Positions 55,967 through 64,000 of a stretch of DNA of 64,000 nucleotides are shown here, in pieces. Below the pieces are notes generated by a model. That model searched no databases, was not told the DNA's origin, and saw nothing but the letters and a program-made list of their open reading frames with translations. The position numbers were made by a program, and so were the translations under genes. This stretch comes from Acutalibacteraceae bacterium (lineage in GTDB: Bacteria; Bacillota; Clostridia; Oscillospirales; Acutalibacteraceae): assembly GCA_045614765.1 (NCBI GenBank), contig JAZLDN010000052.1:341-64340 (forward strand), written 5' to 3'. The first letter of the stretch is position 1. Each line of letters opens with the position of its first letter.

Positions 55967-57784
55967 ATGAAGAAAAAAACTGCCCTTTGTGTTGCAGTAG
56001 CGTCTGCTATAACTGTTGCAGGTGTTGCTAAGTATAAGCGTCTTGAAAAAATGGAAATGACCGAGCGTTGCAAAAAATGCTCGGATAAATTTGTTGGTGC
56101 AATTTCAAAGCTTCATAAAGGATTGCCTGACCCTGTTGTTGACGAAGCAGACAAAAAAGCTGCAGAGGAAAATTTTGAGCGTCAGTATATTACCAAAGCG
56201 CCCAAAAAGGCAAAATGGAAATTAGGCTATTCTCAAAAAAGCATTGTGCCTGAAGATTTAGCTTCAAAAAAATATTGCATAGCAGGTAATACAAGGCTTC
56301 CTGCCAATTATGCTGCAGGTGTGCTCGATGATATAAGAGTGCGCACAATTTGTGTTGACGATTCAACCGGTAGAGGTGCAGTTGTACTTTGTTGCGTAGA
56401 CTGTATCGGTCTTTCAAATAAAAATATACGTAAAATCAGAGAAAAGCTTTCAGAGTTTTCCTCTCAAAACAATATTTCCTATATAAACATAAGTTCCACT
56501 CATACTCATTCATCCATTGATACAATGGGTATATGGGGCGAGCTTTTAACTGTTTTGCCAAATAACAGAAAGCACCTGAAAAAAGGTGAGGGTGAATTGC
56601 TTGATTCCTGTGATAATGATTATATGCAATTCCTTTTTGATAAAGTCTGTGAAAGTGTTAAAGAAGCCTTCTTTTCAATGAAAGAGGGTAAGCTTTACGA
56701 AAGCTATATGGGTAAAAACTCTATGCAGGCTTTGAGTGAAGATGATACTCTTAAAGACAGAGGTCTTTACGGCTATGTGTGGGACAGACGTGAGCCATAT
56801 GATTGCTCAACTCAGCTTTTAAGGCTTCGCTTTGTGCCCGACGATGAAAATGAAAAAGAAACTGTGCTTCTCAATTTCGGTGCCCATCCATATATAGTTT
56901 CCATGAAGGAAAGAGGCAAGGGCGACGGCAATCTTATTTCAGGAGATTTTGTATATTACCTTGGCGATTATTTCGAAAGGAATAATTATAACTTTATCTT
57001 CTTCAATGGTGCTGTTGCTGCGGTGTATCCTACAAGGCTTTATTCTAACAGAGTAGATTTAAAAACTCAGGCAAAAGCTGTAGGTGATGAAATCGGCAGA
57101 ATAAGCCTTGCTATGACAATGACTGAGGAGGAAATCGAGAAAAATCCTGCCGTAAACCCTGAAACTTATGAAATTCAATCAGGAATTTTCTCAAATGCAC
57201 AGGTAAGCCAGTATTCAAAATGGATAGAGAAAAAAGGTGAAGAGGTTATAGAAGAAAAAGAATTAAAGCCTCTTTTGAATCTCTCTTTGAAAAAGGTGCC
57301 GCTTAAAGTAGATAACCCTATTTTCTATATGGTTGCAAAGCACAGAATAGGCTCATATACTATCTTGCCGAAATCTTCAGATGAATATGAATCTTTTACA
57401 GAAACAGGCCTTTTAGAGCTTGGCGGTAAGAGAAAAATAGCCTTTGTTCCAGGTGAAATGGAGCCTGCAGTTCTCAGTGGTTCTCAGGCAGTAAAAGCAG
57501 AAGAATCTTTCCTTAAAAGGAGCTTTTCTTCAGTTTCTCTTTCTGAATCCGCATCAGACGCAGAAATGACGGTTTTCGGTCTTACCAATGACGCTATTGG
57601 TTATATTATTCCTGACAATGATTTTTCAATGATGTTTTTAGGTACAGGAAAGCTAATGAAAAAGCTTTTCGGCAACCATTATCTTGAAATATTTTCTTTT
57701 GGTAAGGATACTGCTGTCAGCCTGGCAGATACATTTAAAAGTATATGCGACGAAATTAAAATGTTGGATGTGAAAAACAAATAA
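55967..57784 (+). CDS. neutral/alkaline ceramidase-like N-terminal-domain protein, membrane-anchored
   Basis: 'VVLCCVDCIGL' and 'SSTHTHSS' resemble ceramidase-family motifs. GGAGGT RBS before the ATG at 55967. Confidence 0.45.
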   Translation: MKKKTALCVAVASAITVAGVAKYKRLEKMEMTERCKKCSDKFVGAISKLHKGLPDPVVDEADKKAAEENFERQYITKAPKKAKWKLGYSQKSIVPEDLASKKYCIAGNTRLPANYAAGVLDDIRVRTICVDDSTGRGAVVLCCVDCIGLSNKNIRKIREKLSEFSSQNNISYINISSTHTHSSIDTMGIWGELLTVLPNNRKHLKKGEGELLDSCDNDYMQFLFDKVCESVKEAFFSMKEGKLYESYMGKNSMQALSEDDTLKDRGLYGYVWDRREPYDCSTQLLRLRFVPDDENEKETVLLNFGAHPYIVSMKERGKGDGNLISGDFVYYLGDYFERNNYNFIFFNGAVAAVYPTRLYSNRVDLKTQAKAVGDEIGRISLAMTMTEEEIEKNPAVNPETYEIQSGIFSNAQVSQYSKWIEKKGEEVIEEKELKPLLNLSLKKVPLKVDNPIFYMVAKHRIGSYTILPKSSDEYESFTETGLLELGGKRKIAFVPGEMEPAVLSGSQAVKAEESFLKRSFSSVSLSESASDAEMTVFGLTNDAIGYIIPDNDFSMMFLGTGKLMKKLFGNHYLEIFSFGKDTAVSLADTFKSICDEIKMLDVKNK

Positions 57785-58710
57785 TGTTTTTGGAGAAAGT
57801 AAAAGAAAAATTAAAGCTCAGAAAATTAGTTGCAATTATTATTGCTCTTGTTGTTGTAATACAAGCGGTTATAACTGTTGTTGTTTGCGAAAGCTTTCTC
57901 AATACCGACTTTTTTTCTGCTTCTGAAAAAACAGAAAGCATAATAACTAAGCCTCTTTACCAGAATGAGTATATCAGCTGGCTTAAAGGTAAGTCTACAG
58001 AGAAAACGCTCAGCAACGGAGACGGCACAGCTATTGAAATCAAAAATAACAGCACTTCTCATAGTTATGTTATTATTTTCCATTCTCTTACTTCCAAGCC
58101 TGAAGATACAGCTTCATATGCAAAGCATTTCTACGATTTAGGCTTCAATGTGTTGATTCCTTGTTATATAAGTGAAACAGCTTCCATGGGTATTGAAGAA
58201 AAGAATTCTGTATCAGCTTGGGCGAATGCTGTGGCAGAATCAGACGAAAAAGCCAAGATTTACATACTCGGTTTGGGTGTAGGCGGCGTGTCAGCCATTC
58301 TTGCTACAGAGAATAACCTTCCTGATAGTGTGAAGGGTATTATTTCAGACAGTGCCTATTCAGATATAAATGATATGTTCAAAGAAAATTTCGATAACGT
58401 GTATGGCTTTTCGTCATTCCCAACAATCCAACTTTCTACTTTATATATAAAACTTACACGTGGTTGGGACTTTTCTAAGGTGGATATTATATCTGCTGCT
58501 AGAAATTCTTCTGTTCCCATTCTTTATATTCATGGAACAGAGGATAGCGTTGTGCCTGTAGGCCAGAGCAACGAGCTTTATGAGGTTACTCGTGCAAAGG
58601 GTACGGAGCACGAAACAATTCATGGTGCAGGGCACCTTCAGGGGCTTAATACCGATAATGAAAAATACTGGCGCGTGGTGGATGAATTTATACGCAATAC
58701 AATAGATTGA
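57784..58710 (+). CDS. membrane-anchored alpha/beta-hydrolase-fold protein lacking the nucleophile serine
   Basis: Fold markers 'IIFHS', 'ILGLGVGG' (in place of GxSxGG), 'IHGTEDSVVP' and 'GAGHL'. TAATG overlap with the upstream gene. Confidence 0.65.
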   Translation: MFLEKVKEKLKLRKLVAIIIALVVVIQAVITVVVCESFLNTDFFSASEKTESIITKPLYQNEYISWLKGKSTEKTLSNGDGTAIEIKNNSTSHSYVIIFHSLTSKPEDTASYAKHFYDLGFNVLIPCYISETASMGIEEKNSVSAWANAVAESDEKAKIYILGLGVGGVSAILATENNLPDSVKGIISDSAYSDINDMFKENFDNVYGFSSFPTIQLSTLYIKLTRGWDFSKVDIISAARNSSVPILYIHGTEDSVVPVGQSNELYEVTRAKGTEHETIHGAGHLQGLNTDNEKYWRVVDEFIRNTID

Positions 58711-58738
58711 TTTTTTCTTTTCAAAATCATAAAAACCC

Positions 58739-58767
58739 TTGACAAACATATATTACTTTGTTATAAT
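58739..58767 (+). promoter_or_regulatory. perfect-consensus sigma-A promoter of the ylxM-ffh operon
   Basis: TTGACA, 17-nt spacer, TGtTATAAT. Confidence 0.7.
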
Positions 58768-58803
58768 GCACTCCTGTAAAGCGAAAGTTCTTTACAGGGG
58801 TGC
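58768..58803 (+). other. 14-bp stem-loop at the 5' end of the ylxM-ffh transcript
   Basis: gcactcctgtaaag/ctttacaggggtgc (one G-U pair) with an 8-nt loop. Confidence 0.5.
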
Positions 58804-58831
58804 TTGAAAATTTCGTGGAAGGGGAGTAATT

Positions 58832-59194
58832 ATGGCTAAGAATCTTGATGTTGTTTTGCTTTGCGATTACTATGGCGAAATGCTTACAGAAAACCAACGC
58901 AAATTTATCGAGTATTACTATAATGATGACCTTTCTCTTTCAGAAATCGCCCAGAACGAAGGTATCACAAGGCAGGGTGTGCGCGATGCTGTAAAGCGTG
59001 CCGAAACTCAGCTTTTTGATATGGAAAAGAAGCTTGGCTTTGCAGAACGTTCACGTAAAGTGAACGAGGCCTTGGAGGCTATTATTGAAAGCACCGAGGT
59101 TATTAATAACTATAATATGAATATTTCCCTTTCAAGAGAAGTTAACGACGCAGTTGTTCAAATCAAATCCGTTGTTGATTCCTTGAATGAATAA
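58832..59194 (+). CDS. ylxM: YlxM/UPF0122 putative DNA-binding protein
   Basis: 'YYNDDLSLSEIAQNEGITRQGVRDAVKRA' HTH. Its position upstream of ffh is conserved. Confidence 0.9.
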   Translation: MAKNLDVVLLCDYYGEMLTENQRKFIEYYYNDDLSLSEIAQNEGITRQGVRDAVKRAETQLFDMEKKLGFAERSRKVNEALEAIIESTEVINNYNMNISLSREVNDAVVQIKSVVDSLNE

Positions 59195-59215
59195 TTATTA
59201 AAAGGGGGTTGCACC

Positions 59216-60598
59216 ATGGCTTTTGAAGGTCTTTCAGACAGATTAGATAATGCCTTTAAGAAACTGAAAAGCAAGGGTAGCCTTACCGAATCCGATGTAA
59301 GAGATGCTATGCGAGAGGTTCGCCTTGCGCTCCTTGAAGCTGACGTTAACTATAAGGTAGCTAAGGATTTTACAAATTCTGTTACCGAGCGCGCAATCGG
59401 TGCAAAGGTTATGGAAAGCCTTACACCTGCTCAGATGGTTATCAAAATTGTTAACGAAGAGCTTACTGCCCTTATGGGTGGTACTCAGGCTCGTCTTGCT
59501 TCTGCATCCCATCCGCCAACAGTTGTTATGATGTGCGGTCTTCAGGGTTCAGGTAAAACCACCCACAGTGCAAAAATCGCACTTAAATTAAAAGAGCAGG
59601 GTCATAGACCTTTGCTTGTTGCTTGCGATATTTATCGTCCTGCTGCTATTAAGCAGTTGCAGGTTGTCGGTGAGCAGATTGATGTTCCTGTTTTCGAAAT
59701 GGGTACAGAAAATCCTGTTAAAATTGCAACAGAAGCAATTAAATTAGCTAAGGATAACGGTTACGACTACGTATTCCTTGATACAGCCGGCCGTCTCCAC
59801 ATAGATGCAGAGCTTATGCAGGAACTTAAAGATATCAAGTCTTCTGTTAAGCCTCACGAAATCCTTCTTGTTATTGTCTCAATGCTTGGTCAGGACGCAG
59901 TAACCGTTGCATCAACATTTAACGATGCTTTAGGTATAGATGGTCTTGTTCTTACAAAGCTTGATGGTGATACCCGTGGTGGTGCCGCACTTTCAGCAAG
60001 AGCAGTAACAGGTAAACCAATTAAGTTTATCGGTGTTGGTGAAAAGCTTCAGGATCTTGATGTTTTCCATCCTGACAGAATGGCAAGCCGTATCCTCGGT
60101 ATGGGCGACGTGCTTTCTCTTATTGAAAAGGCAGAAACTGCCCTTGATGAGAAAAAGGCAGAGGAGCTTGAAAAGAAGCTTCGTCAGAATAAGCTTGACC
60201 TTAACGATATGCTTATGCAGTTTGAGGAAATGCGCAAGATGGGTCCAATGAAGGACATTATCGCTATGATTCCTGGTCTTAACAAAAAGGCTAAGGACGT
60301 TGATGTTGATGATAGGCAGATTGATTATACAATGGCAATTATCCGTTCAATGACAATGAAAGAGCGAGAGAATCCTGATATAATCAACCCATCAAGAAAA
60401 CGCCGTATTGCCGCTGGTTGTGGTATGCAGGTTGAAGATGTTAACAGGCTTCTTAACCAGTATCGCCAGATGCAGAAAATCTACAAGCAGCTTAATGGCA
60501 AGGGCTCAAAGAAAATGATGAAGCGTATGCAGCGTATGGGTATGGGCGGCGGAATGCCCGGTGGAATGCCTGGCGGCATGGGTGGATTCCCAATGTAA
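59216..60598 (+). CDS. ffh: signal recognition particle protein Ffh
   Basis: 'GLQGSGKTT', 'DTAGR', 'TKLDGDTRGG' and a Met-rich M domain with a GGMPGGM tail. Confidence 0.97.
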   Translation: MAFEGLSDRLDNAFKKLKSKGSLTESDVRDAMREVRLALLEADVNYKVAKDFTNSVTERAIGAKVMESLTPAQMVIKIVNEELTALMGGTQARLASASHPPTVVMMCGLQGSGKTTHSAKIALKLKEQGHRPLLVACDIYRPAAIKQLQVVGEQIDVPVFEMGTENPVKIATEAIKLAKDNGYDYVFLDTAGRLHIDAELMQELKDIKSSVKPHEILLVIVSMLGQDAVTVASTFNDALGIDGLVLTKLDGDTRGGAALSARAVTGKPIKFIGVGEKLQDLDVFHPDRMASRILGMGDVLSLIEKAETALDEKKAEELEKKLRQNKLDLNDMLMQFEEMRKMGPMKDIIAMIPGLNKKAKDVDVDDRQIDYTMAIIRSMTMKERENPDIINPSRKRRIAAGCGMQVEDVNRLLNQYRQMQKIYKQLNGKGSKKMMKRMQRMGMGGGMPGGMPGGMGGFPM

Positions 60599-60713
60599 AC
60601 TTGTTTGCACGAAGTAAACTTCATTGCAAAGCACTTCATTAAAGTAGTTTTTAAACACAGAGTGTTTAATATAAATTAGTTTATTATTATTTAACTTTTC
60701 GGAGGTAATTAAA

Positions 60714-60959
60714 ATGGCAGTAAAAATTCGTCTTCGCCGTATGGGCGCAAAGAAAGCACCTTTCTATCGTGTAGTTGTAGCAGATTCTCGCTACCCTCGT
60801 GATGGTCGTTTCATTGAAGAGGTTGGTTATTACAACCCAGTAAGCGATCCTGCAGAAGTAAAGATTGATGCAGAAAAGGTTACAAAGTGGATTGAAAACG
60901 GCGCTCAGCCAACAGACACAGTTCGTGATCTTCTCAAGAAGCAGAACATCATTAAGTAA
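60714..60959 (+). CDS. rpsP: 30S ribosomal protein S16
   Basis: '[26 protein letters not shown]'. Confidence 0.97.
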   Translation: MAVKIRLRRMGAKKAPFYRVVVADSRYPRDGRFIEEVGYYNPVSDPAEVKIDAEKVTKWIENGAQPTDTVRDLLKKQNIIK

Positions 60960-60972
60960 TTAGGTGACGATA

Positions 60973-61206
60973 ATGAAAGAATTGCTCGAAACTGTTGCTA
61001 AGGGTCTCGTTGAGACTCCTGACGCAGTCGAGGTTACCGTTGACGAACCTAATGAAGAAGGCGTTGTTGTATACCATCTTCATGTTGGTCCCGACGATAT
61101 GGGTAGAGTTATCGGCAAACAGGGCAGAATAGCTAAAGCTATCCGTACAGTTATGCGTGCGGCAGCTGTCCGTAAGGATGTTAAGGTTCAGGTAGATATC
61201 GACTAA
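60973..61206 (+). CDS. KH-domain RNA-binding protein (YlqC-like)
   Basis: 'GRVIGKQGRIAKAIRTV' GXXG KH motif. TAGGTGA RBS before the ATG at 60973. Confidence 0.9.
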   Translation: MKELLETVAKGLVETPDAVEVTVDEPNEEGVVVYHLHVGPDDMGRVIGKQGRIAKAIRTVMRAAAVRKDVKVQVDID

Positions 61207-61213
61207 AAAGGAG

Positions 61214-61240
61214 AAAGGGGCTGGTTTCAGCCCCTTTTTT
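61214..61240 (+). terminator. rho-independent terminator/attenuator inside the rpsP-trmD cluster
   Basis: Stem aaaggggctg/cagccccttt, then TTTTTT. Confidence 0.7.
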
Positions 61241-61248
61241 AACAAATT

Positions 61249-61767
61249 ATGATTAAAGAGTATCTTGAAATAGGTCAGGTGGGTGCAACCCATGGCGTCA
61301 GAGGTGAATTCAGGCTTAACCCTTGGTGCGACGGACCGGAATTTGTAAAAAAATTCAAAACCTTTTACCGTGATGATAAAGGAAATCAACCTGTTAAAGT
61401 TATTTCCTGTCGCCCTCACGGTAATGTTGCTGTTGTCAAATTAGAGGGCGTAGACACAATTGAGCAGGCTAAAAATTTAAGAAACACTATTTTTTATATC
61501 AAAAGAAGTGATGTTAATCTTCCTGAAGGTAAATGGTTCGTTTCTGAGCTTATCGGTTGCGAAGTTCTTGATGCTGATGACAACAGCAAAAAATATGGCG
61601 TGCTTAAAGATGTTGAGGCAGTTGTTGCCAATGACATATGGTACATTGATACGCCTGATGGCGAGGTAATAATTCCTGCCATAAAAGATGTTGTTATTCG
61701 TTGCGATGTAGCAGAAAATAAAGTGTATATACGCGCGTTAAGGGGGCTTTTCGATAATGAGGATTGA
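61249..61767 (+). CDS. rimM: 16S rRNA processing protein RimM
   Basis: '[15 protein letters not shown]' N-terminus and a PRC-barrel C-terminus. Confidence 0.93.
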   Translation: MIKEYLEIGQVGATHGVRGEFRLNPWCDGPEFVKKFKTFYRDDKGNQPVKVISCRPHGNVAVVKLEGVDTIEQAKNLRNTIFYIKRSDVNLPEGKWFVSELIGCEVLDADDNSKKYGVLKDVEAVVANDIWYIDTPDGEVIIPAIKDVVIRCDVAENKVYIRALRGLFDNED

Positions 61768-62485
61768 TATTTTAACTCTCTTCCCTGAAATGTGCGAGGC
61801 TGTTATGAGCGAAAGCATAATCGGCAGAGCCCGTAAAAACGGTAAAGTGGAAATCAATTTCCATCAGATTCGCGATTTTGCGATAAATAAGCATAATCAG
61901 GTTGATGATACTCCATATGGCGGCGGTGCAGGTATGCTTATGATGCCTCAGCCTATATACGATTGCTATATGAAGGTGTGCGATGAAGCACAGGCTAAAC
62001 CGCATCTTATTTATATGTCTCCTTGCGGTAAAACTCTTACACAGGAAAGAGTTAAAGAATTAGCTCAGATGCCTAATATTGCAATCCTTTGCGGACGATA
62101 TGAGGGTGTTGACCAGCGCGTAATCGATGAGATTGTAGACGAAGAAATCTCTATCGGAGATTATGTTGTTACAGGCGGCGAAATGCCTGCAATGATTCTT
62201 GCTGACGCAGTTTCCCGTATGCTTCCTGGTGTTCTTTCCGAGCCTGAAGGGTTTATGGGTGAAAGCCACTATAATGGTCTTCTTGAGTATCCTCAGTATA
62301 CAAAGCCATCTGTTTGGCACGATATGGAGGTGCCTGAGGTTTTAGCGTCAGGCCACCATGCTAATATTAAAAAGTGGCAGAGAGAGAAAGCTCTTGAACG
62401 TACTCTTGAGCGCAGACCTGAGCTTCTTGAAACAGCAGAGCTGACCAAGAAGGAGAAGGAATATATAGGAAATCTCAAAAAATAA
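61757..62485 (+). CDS. trmD: tRNA (guanine37-N1)-methyltransferase TrmD
   Basis: '[12 protein letters not shown]', '[11 protein letters not shown]', '[10 protein letters not shown]' and '[11 protein letters not shown]'. Confidence 0.97.
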   Translation: MRIDILTLFPEMCEAVMSESIIGRARKNGKVEINFHQIRDFAINKHNQVDDTPYGGGAGMLMMPQPIYDCYMKVCDEAQAKPHLIYMSPCGKTLTQERVKELAQMPNIAILCGRYEGVDQRVIDEIVDEEISIGDYVVTGGEMPAMILADAVSRMLPGVLSEPEGFMGESHYNGLLEYPQYTKPSVWHDMEVPEVLASGHHANIKKWQREKALERTLERRPELLETAELTKKEKEYIGNLKK

Positions 62486-62549
62486 CAATTTCGGTGAATT
62501 TGCAGATTGGTTTGTTCACACTATATAATATCTTTCTACAATTGTTGTA

Positions 62550-62561
62550 ATTTTGCACAAA
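62550..62561. repeat. 12-nt motif ATTTTGCACAAA, copy 1
   Basis: Exact repeat of 62610-62621, 60 bp away. Confidence 0.6.
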
Positions 62562-62609
62562 TCTATATCTTTTTTTTATAACAGGTTTAGTATTCCATCC
62601 GAATTATTG

Positions 62610-62621
62610 ATTTTGCACAAA
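62610..62621. repeat. 12-nt motif ATTTTGCACAAA, copy 2
   Basis: Exact repeat of 62550-62561. It lies 19 nt upstream of the ptsH -35 element. Confidence 0.6.
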
Positions 62622-62639
62622 AAGGTTATTGCTTTTTCG

Positions 62640-62667
62640 TTGACTAAAAATAAAAAAATGATATAAT
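62640..62667 (+). promoter_or_regulatory. sigma-A promoter of ptsH
   Basis: TTGACT, 16-nt spacer, TGaTATAAT. Confidence 0.6.
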
Positions 62668-62749
62668 GTAGTAAGTGCAAGGGATAAGTGTGCACATTTT
62701 CATAAGAATATAAATTAAACAAACTATAATTAAATGTGGGAGAAATATT

Positions 62750-63013
62750 ATGTACGTTAAAGATGTTACAGTTCAGAATCAGGTTGGTCTTCATGCACGT
62801 CCAGCAACTTTCTTCATTCAGAAAGCAAATGAATTCAAATCTTCTATCTGGCTTGAGAAAGAAGAGAGAAGAGTAAACGCAAAGAGCCTTCTTGGTGTTC
62901 TTTCACTTGGCATTATGGGCGGAGCAGAAATTCGCATTATTGCCGGTGGTGTTGATGAAGAGCAGGCAGTTAATGCTCTTGTTGCTCTTGTTGACAGCGG
63001 CTTCGCAGAATAA
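62750..63013 (+). CDS. ptsH: phosphocarrier protein HPr
   Basis: His-15 context 'GLHARPA'. Ser-46 context 'NAKSLLGVLSLG'. Confidence 0.95.
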   Translation: MYVKDVTVQNQVGLHARPATFFIQKANEFKSSIWLEKEERRVNAKSLLGVLSLGIMGGAEIRIIAGGVDEEQAVNALVALVDSGFAE

Positions 63014-63033
63014 TCAATATAGTTTATTTTTAG

Positions 63034-63063
63034 GTGGCAAGTTTTAACTTGCCACTTTTTTTA
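63034..63063 (+). terminator. rho-independent terminator
   Basis: Stem gtggcaagtt/aacttgccac, then T7. Confidence 0.8.
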
Positions 63064-63126
63064 TTTATAAAAATGTGTTAGAATATAGATATCATTTATA
63101 GTGTGCATATGAAAGGCGGTGAGTAT

Positions 63127-64000
63127 ATGGATTCGAGACTTCGCAGACTTAAGGATAAAGCCAATAAGCTGCCTCTTTCTCCAGGCGTTTACATTATGAA
63201 AAATAAAGCAGGGGAAATTATATATATCGGTAAGGCGAAAGCTCTTAAAAACCGTGTGAGTCAGTATTTTGGTTCTCAGGAAAAGCACTACACAAAGGTG
63301 CGTAAAATGGTTGAAAATGTTGAGGATTTTGACTATATACTTACCGATAGCGAATTTGAGGCGTTAGTTCTTGAATGCAGCCTTATAAAGCAGAATATGC
63401 CTAAATACAATATTCTTCTTAAAGACGATAAGGGCTTCAGTTATATTAAAATCACCAAAGGCGATTGGCAGAATATTTATCCTGTGCTTCAAAAAGATGA
63501 TGATAGTGCAGAGTATGTTGGTCCTTATACAGCAGGCTTTTCTGTAACCCGTGCAGTCGAAGAAGCGAAAAAAGTTTTTAAATTACCTACATGCTCGAAG
63601 GTTTTTCCTCGCGATATAGGTAAAGAAAGACCCTGCCTTAATTACCATCTAGGTATATGCTGTGCACCATGCTCAGGTAAGCTTTCTAAGAGCGAATATA
63701 GTAAAAATGTAGATGATGCAATTTCCTTTCTTAAAAACGGAAGCAAAGAAACTATACGTCGTTTAACAGAACAGATGGAGCTTGCTTCCGAAAATCTGGA
63801 ATTTGAAAAAGCGGCTAAAATACGCGATACCATACGTAGTATTGAGAAGGTGGGTAGTAACCAGAAGGTTGTTTTTTCTACCTATAAGGAGCAAGATGTT
63901 TTTGCTCTTTCTGTTATGGATGGTAAGGCATGCTTCTCGGTGCTCAGGTTCAGTGATAATCAACTTTATGACAGTGAGCATTTCTTCTGCGACGAGGGAG
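63127..64000 (+). CDS. uvrC: excinuclease ABC subunit C, N-terminal part (continues past the window end)
   Basis: GIY-YIG 'PGVYIMKNKAGEIIYIGKAKALKNRVSQYF', Cys cluster 'CLNYHLGICCAPC' and the UVR motif. AAGGCGGTGA SD. It is not in the ORF track because no stop lies inside the window. Confidence 0.9.
   Translation, partial: MDSRLRRLKDKANKLPLSPGVYIMKNKAGEIIYIGKAKALKNRVSQYFGSQEKHYTKVRKMVENVEDFDYILTDSEFEALVLECSLIKQNMPKYNILLKDDKGFSYIKITKGDWQNIYPVLQKDDDSAEYVGPYTAGFSVTRAVEEAKKVFKLPTCSKVFPRDIGKERPCLNYHLGICCAPCSGKLSKSEYSKNVDDAISFLKNGSKETIRRLTEQMELASENLEFEKAAKIRDTIRSIEKVGSNQKVVFSTYKEQDVFALSVMDGKACFSVLRFSDNQLYDSEHFFCDEG

Noticed and set aside
60952-61419. 155-aa minus-strand ORF
   Set aside because: It is antisense to the KH-protein and rimM genes and crosses the internal terminator.
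62576-62794. 72-aa minus-strand ORF in the trmD-ptsH spacer
   Set aside because: It is an AT-rich low-complexity translation. It overlaps the ptsH promoter, RBS and start, and it has no SD.
1-64000. Search for mobile elements, prophage, CRISPR-Cas, restriction-modification, toxin-antitoxin or other known defence modules
   Set aside because: I recognised no integrase, transposase, recombinase, Cas, restriction endonuclease or phage structural motifs in any listed ORF. The only methyltransferase is a small-molecule/GNMT-like class I enzyme lacking DNA-MTase motifs (no DPPY/NPPY or PCQ).

Overview
This 64-kb window is an AT-rich chromosomal segment from an endospore-forming member of the Clostridia. 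It looks Ruminococcaceae/Oscillospiraceae-like because it encodes a dockerin-bearing secreted protein plus bofA, spoIIID and ylmC/ymxH. I can support about 57 protein-coding genes on both strands, two tRNA-Ser genes, several near-consensus sigma-A promoters and many rho-independent (often bidirectional) terminators. Most of the content is core housekeeping. This includes the ylxM-ffh-rpsP-KH-rimM-trmD cluster, ptsH, the uvrC 5' end, glgP, mltG, hemW, tmk, nfo, galM, mntP, a PatB-type lyase and a TtcA-type PP-loop ATPase. I found no transposase, integrase, prophage, CRISPR array or recognisable defence-system gene, so I cannot claim a clearly novel system. The candidates most worth follow-up are listed here. 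(1) An ABC ATPase paired with a 1188-aa FtsX/MacB-type permease carrying a ~370-residue coiled-coil insertion. (2) An FHA-domain::SEDS (RodA/FtsW) fusion coupled to a class B PBP. (3) An MFS / ecto-phosphodiesterase / PHP-hydrolase operon. (4) A tandem pair of diverged membrane-anchored paralogs of unknown function, one with an in-frame 12-nt tandem repeat. (5) A ceramidase-like gene coupled to an alpha/beta-hydrolase whose nucleophile Ser is replaced by Gly. (6) hemW with no canonical start codon, preceded by a Cys-rich micro-ORF. (7) A methyltransferase gene bracketed by a ~24-bp direct repeat, next to a strongly expressed 33-aa hydrophobic micro-ORF. All functional calls come from motif recognition by eye. 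No database search was run.
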